Below are positions 12,770-24,219 of a DNA stretch of 64,000 nucleotides, piece by piece (the first letter of the stretch is position 1; every line of letters starts with the position of its first letter). The position numbers and the translations under genes were made by a program. The DNA comes from Blasia pusilla. Lineage: Eukaryota. The stretch covers positions 28,520,001-28,584,000 of the forward strand of contig CM114271.1 in the NCBI GenBank assembly GCA_050084515.1, given 5' to 3'. Below the pieces are notes generated by a model that was given only the letters and a program-made list of their open reading frames with translations, was not told the DNA's origin and ran no database searches.

Positions 12770-13250
12770 GTAGCTCCCAACTTCCGAATGCAACCTGTCG
12801 GACTTTGACCAGTTGCTTTCGGCCAAAAAGATCCAAAAACAGCTTCGAGTCAAGCAACCCGTCGGACTCCGACGAGTTGCTTTCTTCAAAAAACATCCAA
12901 AAAATGCGGCGAGTCGAGCAACTCGTCGGACTCCGAAGAGTTGCTTTCTTCAAAATACATCCAAAGAATGCGGCCAGTCGAGCAACTCGTCGGACTCCGA
13001 CGAGTTGCTTTGGGCCAAAAACATCCTAAACCTGTGGTCAGTCGAACAACTCGTCGGACTCTGACGAGTTGCTTTCGGCCAAAAACATTCTAAACCAATG
13101 ATCAGTCGAGCAACTCGTCGGAGTCCGACGAGTTGCTTTCCGCCAAAAAAATCCTAAACCAGTGATCAGTCGAGCAACTCGTCGGAGTCAACGAGTTGCT
13201 TTCGGCCAAAAACATCCCAAAAAACTTGTCGGAGTTCGACGGTTTGCAGC
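12770..13250. repeat. About 59-bp tandem array carrying the palindrome variant GCAACTCGTCGGACTCCGACGAGTTGC, intronic
   Basis: About 8 consecutive units of CAGTCGAGCAACTCGTCGGA(C/G)TCCGACGAGTTGCTTTCGGCCAAAAACATCC. Confidence 0.92.
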
Positions 13251-13731
13251 AAGAGGAAACTTACGTGTTCATGGCATGCATGGCCATCTCCACCGTCGCC
13301 ATGTGATGAGGGTATGGATGTAGCACCACTGCCTTCACGGAAAAATGTGCCTCCAATGAGTTTGGGCGCTCCTCTTCAAAGTGGGTCCACGCCATGAACC
13401 TATGATTTCCATCCCAGATGAAGAAATACAGGTTCCTCATCCAGCTGAATTCCGTCCCCTCTATCGCCCTTCTGAATTCTTTTTGTCGGCGATCCTTTTC
13501 TTCAAAGCGTGCGAGGCCTCTCCCTCTGCGTTCTGTCTTTTGAGCGCCTCATTTACACGTTTTGCAAGAAGCTCATGCTTGTGCATCTCCGCTTCCCTTT
13601 CCCGCTCCTCGATTTCTTGCTGCCTTATCTCATTGGTCGAACGAGGCCCTGGACATGGTGACGCAGGAGTCCTCATGGACTTGGGAGTGAAGCTCCCAGC
13701 CTTGTTTGCGTGAGATTTTTTTCCTCGTCAT

Positions 13732-14622
13732 TTTTCCCAAAAATGCCTCCTCCTATGTGCACGATGAATCGCTTGATGAGTCGCCTTGCTGATGTCGAGA
13801 TGAGTTGCCTTGATGGGTAGCTCGAATCGTCTTGCGATCGTTCACTCGAATCGTCTTGCGATGACTCGCCGTGTTAAGCACCCCTTGGTATCTGGTCAGC
13901 TGCTGCGCGGGAGAGCAATTGAGATCGCGAAATGAAAAACCGGAAATGAGCGATTTCTCCCCTATTTATACTTTTCGAGCCGTTGGACTGACCGTTGGGT
14001 CGCATCGTCCTTCCGACAGCGACGTGCCTTGACGTGAAAAAAACCAACCCGACGGCTTCGACAGGTTGCACGCTTTTGGAGGGTTCAAGGCATCCGTCCT
14101 TGTGGCAACCCGTCCGAGATGGACAGGTTGCGCGCCTCCGCCATCCTGGGCCGAGAACACGAGGTGCCCGAGAAACCCGTTGGAGACCGTTGGGTTGCAC
14201 GCTTCCCTCGTCTTGGGATAACAACGCAGGCTTCACAAGATGTATCCTGAGTTGGACAATCCCGCAAAAGTCCCCAAAAATTGGTTGCCCTAGCATTAGC
14301 AAGTGATATCTTGTGTTTGATGCTAGCAAAATCGCCTCAGAAGATCTTCGGTCGGCAAGAAGGGGGTACCTACCCAACAGACTCTGACAGGTTCCAACAA
14401 AATGAAGTGTGCTTCGCAACCCACGTCTCTGATTCCCAAATTTTGTAACCCACCTGACTCTGATAGGTTGCAGCAGAATTGAATCCATTGTGTCAGACAT
14501 TTTCACCTACCAAACTTCATCTTGTCAGTCAGATTCTGTAAGGAGAATCTGAGTTCCTATTCACTATAAATTAAACATTCTCATTCTCATTCTCATTCTC
14601 CTCCTGGTGGAATCTTCTGGGA
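13732..14622. promoter_or_regulatory. Putative bidirectional promoter region between the two divergent genes
   Basis: TATAAA at about 14565 (+) and TATAAATA at about 13963-13970 (-). Matching TATA boxes are conserved in copy 1 (about 6674 and about 5690). Palindromes lie between them. Confidence 0.55.
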
Positions 14623-17600
14623 ATGGATAATTATGTGAAGCTCACTTGTGGTAGTCATCTAGTGGCCCTTCCTCAATCAAAAATCGTTCGACCACAAGCT
14701 CGTGAGTCTTTCATAGCAGTGGATGAAAATTTTCTCTCTGTTCGATTTCTTCTCCAAATTGGAACCATCTTTGTATCCAAGGATGTTAGGATGGACGGTA
14801 CGGAGGACATAATAGGTGAGACACTCCATCCAGTGATTGCAGACCGTAAAGTATGGAATCTGCTACCTCTAGCAAATGGTCAATATAGAGTTTACGGCTT
14901 ACCCCTGAATTCCTCTGTTTCCCAAGTAGACGGTCGAGAATTTCCTAGTGCACCGAGCTCTACGTTTGCAACTCCTAGCTCAGTAGATCCGGCTTCGACT
15001 CCAACTTCACACGCTCGTAACAATGTTGTTCTTCTTGAAGAGATTCCGGATGTTATCAACCTCAGTGGATCTGTCAGACACCAACCGGGCCCTCTGTCCG
15101 CCTACTCGTTCCTCTTGCGAGTATCAGGCAATAGTTTGCTATCGTCTCTGGCCTTGAAAATGTTCAAGCACATTCTTGTCGACGAGATTCTGCCCACGTA
15201 CGATGGTAATTGCATTTTTGAGTTGCCTCCACTTGCGCTCTGCTCAAAAGAAAGATGGAGGGCGTCGAAGGGTATGGGACGAAAGTCTAATTGTCATCGA
15301 TGGTGCGAGCTTCAGCGGACTAGTGCTTCAATTCCAGATGGTCCTTGGATTGTCTCCCGCCGCCAATGCGTTGGAGCCTTGGAGTGTAGAAGTCCAGCAT
15401 GCCCGTATGTAGAGCGCAACGGGCGAGTCAATACATCGCAATTTCACCCCAAGAATGCAGAAACTCCATACGAGGTCGGTGCCACCATACCGCCGGGAGG
15501 CCATCGATGTCTGATTGTCGCATCGCCACGATTGGACCGTGTCTGCATACATATTTTTCATTGTCCACGACTTGGGCTCCACGTCGAGTACACAAGGTGG
15601 CAGTTCATGTTGGCTCCCACACTCATCCTGTGACCGATGCAATTCACAGACACATCAAGGAGGATGTGGCGAAGAAAGTTGCCGAGGTCTACAGAAACTC
15701 TCCGGGTTCAAAGCCTGGACTGATCAAGCTCACAACAACATCAAAAATTTGTGAACAATTGCTTGGAATCCCTAGACAGGGCAAGATCACGGCGGCTGAG
15801 GAGAAACAACTCTGGGAAAATCTCGCATTTCTCGCTGATCCTAAATGCTTCCAGAATTTGCTGCGTCAAATACGGGTTCTGGATGGAAAGACGGCCGAAA
15901 TGGATGTCATCGCCAGAATCAAGGCCAACTCCAGATTTCCATTCATTCAGAGATGGCAGTTCATGGGCCAAGGAGGCGAGGGATCCAGGGCCTATGTCTT
16001 CAAAATATCAACCACAGGTCCGTCGAGTGGCCTCGATCTTATAGATCAAATGAAGGAAGGGGAAGATCTTTACGACAGCTGGGTAAGCTTTGATATTTGC
16101 TACAGAGTGCTGAGCGGATGGTTGACAATGGGTGCTCATGTTTATGACCATGTGGAGAAGGGACTCAAAACTATATTTGTCTGTGAAGTAAAAGCAGAAG
16201 ACGTTGGCAGTTTGAAGATGTGCTGGTTACTCTTATTGGAGGTGGTGAAGGAAAACACAAGGCCAACTCCGGAAATTTATGGGTTCATGGCGGACAATGC
16301 ACAACCTGGGTGGATTGCTATCTGGGAAGTGTTTTGGGATGGAGAGGTTCAACCGGAGAGGGAAAGGTCGGATGCTTTCCATTGCATCAAGGAGAATAAG
16401 AGGACAGAGCATGTCACTCTACTCCAACGCTGCAAGGACAACAAAACCTTGAAACAGGCCATGGAATACCAAGAAGAACTTCATGGCTGGTGGAGGAAGC
16501 ATGCGATTGAGGGGAAGTACAAAGAGTTGTGCTCTTGGTTGAGTTGGTGGGCTGTACGTATGAGACAATGGGGAAACTTCATGCGGCAGGTGAGTTCACT
16601 ATTTTGTCTTGTCAAGCTCACGCTGAGAATTGTTTGTAAAGTTGCAGCTCAAGTTGAGAAGCGTGGGAACTATAGGGATTTCAAACCGAAGAAACCAAGC
16701 AAGTTGTCGGATGCGACGGGTTGCCCGAGTGTGCAACCCGTCGGAAACGGACGGGTTTCCTGAGTGTGCAACCAGTCGAAAACCGGCGGGTTGCATCCAG
16801 AATTTTGGTGCAACCCGTATACAAGTATCCAAGTCGCATGTATACAAGGCCTGCAAATAGTTCGACCCGGATGGGTTTCGGATGACTTGCACTTGGATCT
16901 TCCATCCCGGAGTGGCCAAAGGTTCTTGCAACCCGTCGGAATCCAACGGATTGCAGTAGGTGGGTTTAGGGTTGCAACACGTCGGGACCCGACGGGTCGC
17001 AGAGTCGTTTATGGGATGCCTCGGCCTTGCAACCCGTTTGGTTCCGACAGGTAGCTTATTTCTTTGACTCCTGAGCTATTTTCGTTCCCTTCTAACATTG
17101 CCGTCGTTGCAGGGATTGAACATTCATGAAAATGTCCTCTGCCCCAACACAAGTGGAGCAGAAAGTGTTCATTCCTCTTGGAGGTCGTTACAAGCATGCC
17201 AACGAATTTTACTTGTGGAGGCATGCCAAGAAGACCAGGCAAGAGCAATGCTACAGTCTGCAGCATCCCATATCTTCCTCACAAAAGGCATAACAAAAGG
17301 AAGGGGGCCTTCGATCTACGAGCTCTATGTCAGGGCGGCTGTGAGATCTGGTGATGAAAAACTCTATGTGGAAGCCTTCAACCGGTGCGTAGCTGGAACT
17401 CCCCTTGAGCAAGACGTACACATTGGTGGGGATATTCATGGGCGGGTTTCAAGACGTCCCATACAGATGGTGGTAGAGCAGTCCGAGCGAGACTCGTGGA
17501 GACCACATAAGTATATTGACTTCAGGCAGGTGAAGAGGCAGCAACGAGGAACGAATCCGGTGATTGATTTGGATGAGGAAATTACGCCGCCCAGGTTTTC

Positions 17601-18597
17601 GGGGACCCCGGACCGCTCCCAAATCCGTGATGGAGTAACTTCTCCCTCCGTTGCTGGAAGTTCGCAACATCCGATCGGTGGGGTGGTTCAACAATATGGG
17701 ATTCCGGTAATGGAGGTGGATTGCAACCTAAATCGGTGGCATATATCTCGGAGCAACCCAAGACGTGGACCCACCTGCAGGGTAGGATCTGATGGCATTA
17801 GGAGAGCATGCGGCACTTTCCTAAATAAGAATTGTACAAGGACTGGACGACCACTGGCTGGGTTTTGGGGACTCAAAACCTTTGATCGTTTCACGAGGAC
17901 CGGGGATCAATTGAAGTACTTCTTCTGCCCAAATAAATCTTGCGCTTTCCGAAAGTCTTATCCAGCTGCCATTAGAGCTCCAGGGAATACCCCCACCATT
18001 TGGCCCATCGCCGTAGGTACGAACTGCACTCAAGACGAAGTGGACAATCTTACAAGTGCCGGTTTCAGACTCGTAGACGGGGGAAGTTCGGAGCATGTTC
18101 GTATTACAGAGACCTTCGCATTTCGTATTCAACCCAAGATTGATGTCAATATGTACCCGAAGAAAGTGGATGATCTCAATCCACTATTTCTGTTTGAGTC
18201 TAGAAATGGGGTGAAGAGAAACAGAATGTGTAGGCCAACGGTGGAGAGAGCAAAGCGAATTGCATCAGCTCGGGAGGCAAAAATGGAGATCATCGCCACA
18301 AAAGATGTCCTACGTGGCAATGGAATAGGAAGGATGTATTGGGTCAGGAACAACACTGTAAATTCAAGTGTCATAGGAGTGTATTTGGTGCACATCTGTT
18401 GCTTTCCCACATGTTCATGTGATAACTTTGTCCAAAGAGAGACAAGTCGCAAAAGGTATTTCCCTTGTAAGCACATGTACTATGTGTTGTTGGTAGTTTT
18501 AAGAGAGTCGGAGGTAGGAGTAGGAATCCACCAACCAATTCTGTCCCTCAAAGAAGTGCTATTATTTTTAACAAACCATTTTGAGGATGCAAAATGA
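14623..18597 (+). pseudogene. Mutator-like (MULE) transposase with GCM/WRKY-like Zn finger and C-terminal SWIM finger; exons 14623-16589 and 17113-18597
   Basis: Zn motif CVGALECRSPACP...HVGSHTHP. DDE-like motifs WVSFDICYR / GFMADNA / SDAFH / TSGAESVHSSW. SWIM motif CSCDNF..PCKHMYYV. Intron GTGAGT(16590)...TGCAG(17112). Has frameshifts and an 11-codon deletion relative to copy 1. Confidence 0.88.
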
Positions 18598-18989
18598 GGT
18601 TTTAGATTGTATTCATTTTTCAAGAATTGTACTTTCATTTTTCACTTCAGCTTGAACTCTATTCAGCCCAGGGCAAATGATAGATTATTTCCAGACCTTG
18701 GATGGAAAAAGTGATTGGTTCCACACTTATGATTCCACTTATTTTTCAGTTTTGTAAATTTTGTGCAATTTGCAACCGGTCGGACTCAGATGGGTTGCCA
18801 AAATATGGAAGAGAAAAAAAAAACTATGGGACTGCTTAATAACTGAGCAAAAAAGTACAAAAAAATTCACAAAAAAAATTTCCTCTCTTCAACCCAACGG
18901 AAACTCTCTTAAAAAAAAAGTATCTATTCCGGTTGAAGGTAGTTTCCTCTCTCCTCTCTTCCTCTCTTCCTCTCCTCTTACCGCACCTC

Positions 18990-18998
18990 GTAGAAGTC
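18990..18998 (+). other. Right 9-bp target-site duplication GTAGAAGTC
   Basis: Matches 7523-7531 exactly. Confidence 0.95.
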
Positions 18999-21900
18999 CA
19001 GCATGCCCGTATCTTGAGCGCAATGGGCGAGTCAATACGTCGCAATTCCCCCCTAAGAATGCAAAAACTCCATATGAGGTCAGTGAGACCATACCGCCAA
19101 GAGGCCATCGATGTCCTCATTGTCAGGCATCCTCTTTCTGCGTTGGAGCGTGTCCTGAATACATATTTTTCATTGTCCACGACTTCAGTTCTACTTCGGA
19201 GTATACAAGGCTGGAAGTTCAGGTTGGCTCCCACATTTATCTTGTTATCGGTGCAATTCAGAGACATATCAAGGAGGATGTGGCAAAGAAAGTGGTCGAG
19301 GTATATGGATACTCTGTGGGATCAAAGCCCGGAGTGATCAAGTTAACAACAGCATCTCAAATTTGTGAACAATTGCTTGGAATCCTTGGGCAGGGCGAGA
19401 TCACGGTTGCTGAGGAGAAACAACTCTGGGAAAATCTCACATTTCTCGCTGATCCTAAATGCTTCCAGAAGTTGCTACGTCAAATACGGATATTGGATGG
19501 AAAGATGGCCGAAATGTATACCATTGCTAGAATCAAGGCCAACTCCAGATTTCCATTTATTCAGAGATGGCAGTTCATGGGCCAGGGAGGCAAAGGATTA
19601 AGGGCTTATGTCTTCAAAATGTCAACAACAGGGCCCTCGAGTGGCCTCGATCTTATAGATCGAATGAAGGAAGGGGAAGATCTTTACGGCAGCTGGGTAG
19701 GCTTTGATATTTGCTACAGAGTGCTGAATGGATGGTTGACCATGGATGCTCACGTTTATGACCATGTCAAGAAGGGACTCAAAACTATATTTGTCTGTGA
19801 GGTAAAAGCAGAAGACGTTGGTAGTTTGAAGATGTGTTGGTTACTCTTATTGGAGGTGGTGAAGGAAAACAAAAGGCCACCTCCGAAAATTTATGGATGC
19901 ATGGCGGAAAATGCACAACCTGGGTGGATTGCTATCAGGGAAGTGTTCTCGGGTGGAGAGGTTCAACTAGAGAGGGGAAGGTCGGATGCTTTCCATTGGC
20001 AACAGTCTGTGACCCGGTATACCAAATCTTGCATCAAGGAGAAAAAGAGGACAGAGCATGTCACTCTACTCCAACGCTGCAAGGACAGCAAAACCTTGAA
20101 ACAGGCCATGGAATACCAAGAAGAATTTCATGGGTGGTGGAGGAAGCAAGCGATTGGCTCAATTGGTGGACTGTACGAATGAGACAATGGCGAAACGTCA
20201 TGCGGCAGGTGAGTTCAGTATTTCGTCTTGTCGAGCTCATGTTGAGAATTTTTTGAAAAGTTGCAGCTCAAGTTGAGAGTCGTGGGCACTAAAGGGATTT
20301 CAAACGGAAGAAACCAAGCAACCCGTCGGATGCGACGGGTTTTCTGAGTGTGCAACCCGTCGGAAACCGACGGGTTTCGTGAGTGTGCAACCAGTCAAAA
20401 ACCGACGGGTTGCATTAAGAATTTTTGTATTACCCGTCGGAGCACGACATCATGCACGAGGAATGTTTGTGCAACCCGTCGGAATCCGATTGGTTGCATG
20501 AGTGTGCAACCTGTCGAGTCCCGACGGGTTGCAAGTTGCATATATACAAGGCCTGCAAATTGTTTGACTCAGATGGGTTGCAAGCCGCAAGGCTGCGAGT
20601 CCGTCAGATTCCGACAAGTTGCATCTGTCAGCAACATGTGGGATTCCGACTAGTTGCGTCTGTATGCAACTCCTTGCATTCAGACAGGTTGCGGTTGTCT
20701 CCAAGTCGCATCCACACATGTTTTATCAGTTCAAGTTAATTGGAACCCGTCAAATTTCAATAGTTGCAAAGCTTCGTGTGTGGACACTTCTTGCAAGCCA
20801 ACGGAATCCGACAGGTCGCACAAGAATTTTCGAGACTGGACCGGCCTGCTTCTCACAACCCGTCTGATTCCGACGGGTTGTAGTACAACCTTTGAGTGCT
20901 AGGTTGCAGTAAAAGGTTACATGGATATTCCAGGGATGTCTCCGACTTGCAACCCGTTTCAAGTCGGAGGCTGGAAAATCCATGTGCGGTTTGTCGGATT
21001 CCGATGACTTGCACTTGGATCTTCCAGTCTAGAGTGGCCAAAGTTACTTGCAACCAGTTTGAATCCCACGGGTTGCAGTAGGTGGTTCCTGGGTGTTGCA
21101 ACATGTCGGAAACCGACGGATCGTAGAGTCATTCATGGGATGCCTCCGACTTGCAACCTGTCTAGTTCCGACAAGTAGCTTTTTTCTTTGCTCATAGACG
21201 TTCCCTTCTTACATTGTCGTCGTTGCACGGATTGAACATTCATGAAAATGCCCTCTGCCCCAACACAAGTGGAGCAGAAAGTGTTCATTCCTCTTGGAGG
21301 TCGTCACAAGCATATCAAAGAATTTCACTTGTGGAGGCATGCCAACAAGACCAGGCAAGAGCAATGCTACAGTCTGCAGCATCCCATATCTTCCTCACAA
21401 AAGGCATAATAAAAGGAAGGGGTCTTTGATTTACGAGCTCTATGTTAGGGCGGCTATGAGATCTGGTGATGAGAAACTGTATATGGAAGCCTTCAATCGG
21501 TGCGTAGCAAGAACTCCCCTCGAGCAAGATGTACACATTGGTGGGGATATTTGTGGGTGTGTTTCAAGACGTCCCATACAGATGGTGGTAGAGCAGTCCG
21601 AGCAAGACTTGTGGAGACCAGATAAGTATCTTGACTTCAGGCAAGTGAAGAGGCAGCATCGAGGAACGAACCCTGTGATTGATTTGGATGAAGAAATTAC
21701 GCCGCCCAGGTATTTGGAGACCCTAGATTGCTCCAAAATCTATGATGTAGTAACTTCTCCAAAATGAGTGAATATTTTATTTCAAAAGCCCTCCGTTGCT
21801 AGAAGTTTCCAACATCCAGTCGCTGGGGTGGTTCAACAGTATGGGATTCCGTTCATTGAGGTGGATTGCAACCTCAAAAGATGGCATATATCTCAGAGCA

Positions 21901-22724
21901 ACCCTGGACGTCGACCCACTTGCAGGGCAGGATCTGATGGCATTAGGAGAGCATGCGGCACTTTCCTAAATAAGAACTGTACAAGGACTGGACGACCACT
22001 ACCTCGATTTTGGGGACTCAAAACCTTTGATTGTTTCACGAGGATCGGGGATCAATTGAAGTACTTCTTCTGCCCAAATGACTCCTGCGCTTTCTGAAAG
22101 TCTTATCCAGCTGCCATTGGAGCTCCAGGGAATACCCCCCCAGTCTGGCCCATTGCCAAAGGTACAAATTGCACTCAAGAGGAAGTGGACTCAAGTTCCG
22201 GTTTCAGACTCGTAGACGGAGAAAGTTCGGAGCACGTTCGCATTACAGAGACCTTTGTATTTCGGAATCAACCCAAGATTGATGTCAATATGTACCTAGA
22301 GAAGGTGGATGATCTCAATCCACTATTTCTGTTTGAGTCTAGAAATGGGATGAAGAGAAACAGAATGTGTAGGCCAACGGCGGAGAGAGCGAAGCGAATC
22401 GCATCAGCTCGGGAGGCAAACATGAAAATCATCGCCACAAAAGATGTCTAGAGTGGGAATGGAATAGGAAGGATGTATTGGGTGAGGAACAACACTACAA
22501 ATTCAAGTGTCATAGGGGTGTATGTGGTGCACATCTGTTGCTTTCCCACATGTTCCTGTGATGACTTTGTCCAAAGAGAGACAAGTGGGAAAAGGTATTT
22601 TCCTTGTAAGCACATGTACTATGTGTTGCTTGTAGTTTTAAGAGAGTTGGAGGTAAGAGTAGGAATCCACCAACCAATTCTTTCCCTCAGAGAAGTGCAA
22701 AGTATTTTAAACAAACCACTTTGA
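18990..22724 (+). pseudogene. MULE-like transposase of copy 1, 3' part (DDE plus SWIM)
   Basis: Paralogous to 15386-18597. Intron 20209-21228 has a mutated acceptor (CAC). Multiple stops. Confidence 0.9.
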
Positions 22725-23112
22725 GGATGCAAAATGAGGTTCTTCACTTTGAGCTTGAACTCTATTCAGCCCAGGGAAAATGATAGATGTTTTCCAGACC
22801 TTGGATGGAAAAGTGATTTGTTCCACATTTATGATTCCAATGATTTTTCTATTTTTTAAATTTTATGAAAATTGCAACCCGTCGAATTTTGACGGGTTAC
22901 CAAAATGTGGAAGAGGAAAAAAAATGTGTGGGAGTGCCTAAGCACTGAGAATAAAAGTGCAAAAAAATTCACACAAAAATTTTCCTCTCTTCAACCCAAC
23001 AGAAACTCTCTTCAAATCACAGGAAACTCTCTTCAAAAAAATGTATCTCTTTCGGTTGAAGGTAGTTTCCTCTCTCCTCTCTTCCTCTCTTCCTCTCCTC
23101 TTACCGCTCCTC

Positions 23113-24219
23113 AAGTAGTTCCTGCACGCTTACGATATATATTGTGTGGTTCCGCCCGTGGTGCAGCCATGATGCTAGTCTGTGATGAGTGTTCGAGAGG
23201 ATGGCATATGGCATGTCTGACGTCACCTCTCGCTAGGGTTCTTGAGGGACGATGGATGTGTTCCAGATGTACATAAAGTAGATAGTTATAGATTCCGACT
23301 TGTGTCTATGATATGGATGACAAGAAGGCGACTAATGATGGGGCCACATGAGCACCCGGCCTTTATGCTCGTAGCGTCCGAGAGATGTATATAATGGTAA
23401 GTAGGGATATATGGCTATCTGGAGTTAGAGGGACCTAACCACCAATTACGGGGGAAATTGGAGATATTTTGGTACTTCTTGTCTCATTTTTTGGATGCCA
23501 TGAGTTAGCATGGGATCGTGTGTGTTTGTATGTATCTTCGTTGTCAACGATGTATGTTGTGTAGCGATGTGTATGTGCACGATAACTGTCAAGAATTTTA
23601 GGATAGATCGGCAAGATCTAGTAGAGGGCCTTTGGAGATAGTGGAGAAGAGCCTGAGGAGGTCGAGGATGACCTACTGAGGCCACGGGTAACCTGAGAGA
23701 GTAGGTTTTCCCTTTGTTTCGGCTTTGGAGCCATATAGAGAAACTTACTATTTTGGGTAAGTTTCTATCTGGAGTATAGTTGACTTTACACTTTGGGAAG
23801 GGGCCCTTGACCCGCTTCAGCAGGTCAAGAGCCAAGGGAGCTGACCAACAAGCATAGGTTACAGAGGAGAGCGCTTGGGAGAGGGAAGGGGATATACCTC
23901 CAAGAGAGAGAGCTTGAGAGCTCATTCTCTTTTTGTTGAACCTCTTGGCATGAGGCAGTGGAGCTATGGTTTTCCTTGCCTTGTGTGTGTAACCCAAACC
24001 TCTCATTAGGAGAGTGGGGTTGGTTTGACTTGAGAGAGAGTCCACACCATGGAGAGCTTGGTGTGAGATGTGATGAGAGATCTCATTAATTTATTGGAGA
24101 TATTTTGGTACTTCTCGTCTCGTTGTTTGGATGCCATGAGTTAGCATGTGATCATGCGTATTTGTGTGTATGTTTGTTGACAATGATGTATGTTGTGTAG
24201 CGATTTATATGCGTAGACA
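23113..24219 (+). mobile_element. 3' fragment of a PHD-finger Ty3/gypsy element: PHD, PPT and LTR (23459-24219)
   Basis: LCGSARGAAMMLVCDECSRGWHMACLTSPLARVLEGRWMCSRCT is followed by a purine tract, then an LTR with about 125-bp direct repeats at 23459-23584 and 24095-24219. Confidence 0.85.

Larger units (their letters stand above)
9293..13731 (-). pseudogene. Accessory gene of copy 2: ParB/Srx-like domain, charged linker, beta-class N4C/N6A methyltransferase-like domain (spliced, disrupted)
   Basis: Exon 13731-13265 contains LYFFIWDGNHRFMAW. An intron starts GTAAGT at 13264 and runs to about 12480. The next exon (to about 10394) contains VDLLVADLPSG. An intron runs from about 10393 to 9814 (GTAAGG...CTGAC...TACAG). 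The last exon contains EKSPALMQTLIKLCSRSGDLMSDLVGLSGASIRGAWHSGRNILCLE. Confidence 0.72.
7532..18989 (+). mobile_element. End-to-end Mutator-like DNA transposon copy 2 (11,458 bp) with degenerate TIRs and two divergent genes
   Basis: Bounded by a 9-bp TSD. Left end is GGGGGCTGGTA...AAGAGAGAGGAAGAGAGGAGAG. Right end reverse complement is GAGGTGCGGTAAGAGGAGAGGAAGAGAGGAAGAGAGGAGAG. The right end also matches copy 1's end at 23112. Confidence 0.93.
18990..23112 (+). mobile_element. Mutator-like element copy 1, right segment with intact right terminus
   Basis: Ends ...CTCTTCCTCTCCTCTTACCGCTCCTC (copy 2 ends ...CTCTTACCGCACCTC). Followed directly by gypsy PHD coding sequence. Confidence 0.9.

Noticed and set aside
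12770-13250. Palindromic repeat arrays (also 5786-6140) as CRISPR arrays
   Set aside because: The spacers are homologous to each other, there are no cas genes, and the arrays lie in a spliceosomal intron or TE spacer.
13716-13722. Programmed frameshift at the A7 run after the accessory gene ATG
   Set aside because: Copy 1 is in frame here. A homopolymer mutation or sequencing error is simpler, and other single-base indels in the TEs may also be errors.
9293-13731. Bacterial or phage contamination as the source of the ParB/MTase motifs
   Set aside because: The gene has GT-AG introns and sits inside a TSD-bounded MULE contiguous with eukaryotic sequence.
18761-18989. N-terminus of the 473-aa ORF 18761-20182 (and of ORF 22905-23276)
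   Set aside because: Chance read-through from the non-coding MULE terminus into the interrupted target ORF.
14623-22724. Simple tandem duplication of a host SWIM gene
   Set aside because: The 9-bp TSD and the restored reading frame show nested transposition.
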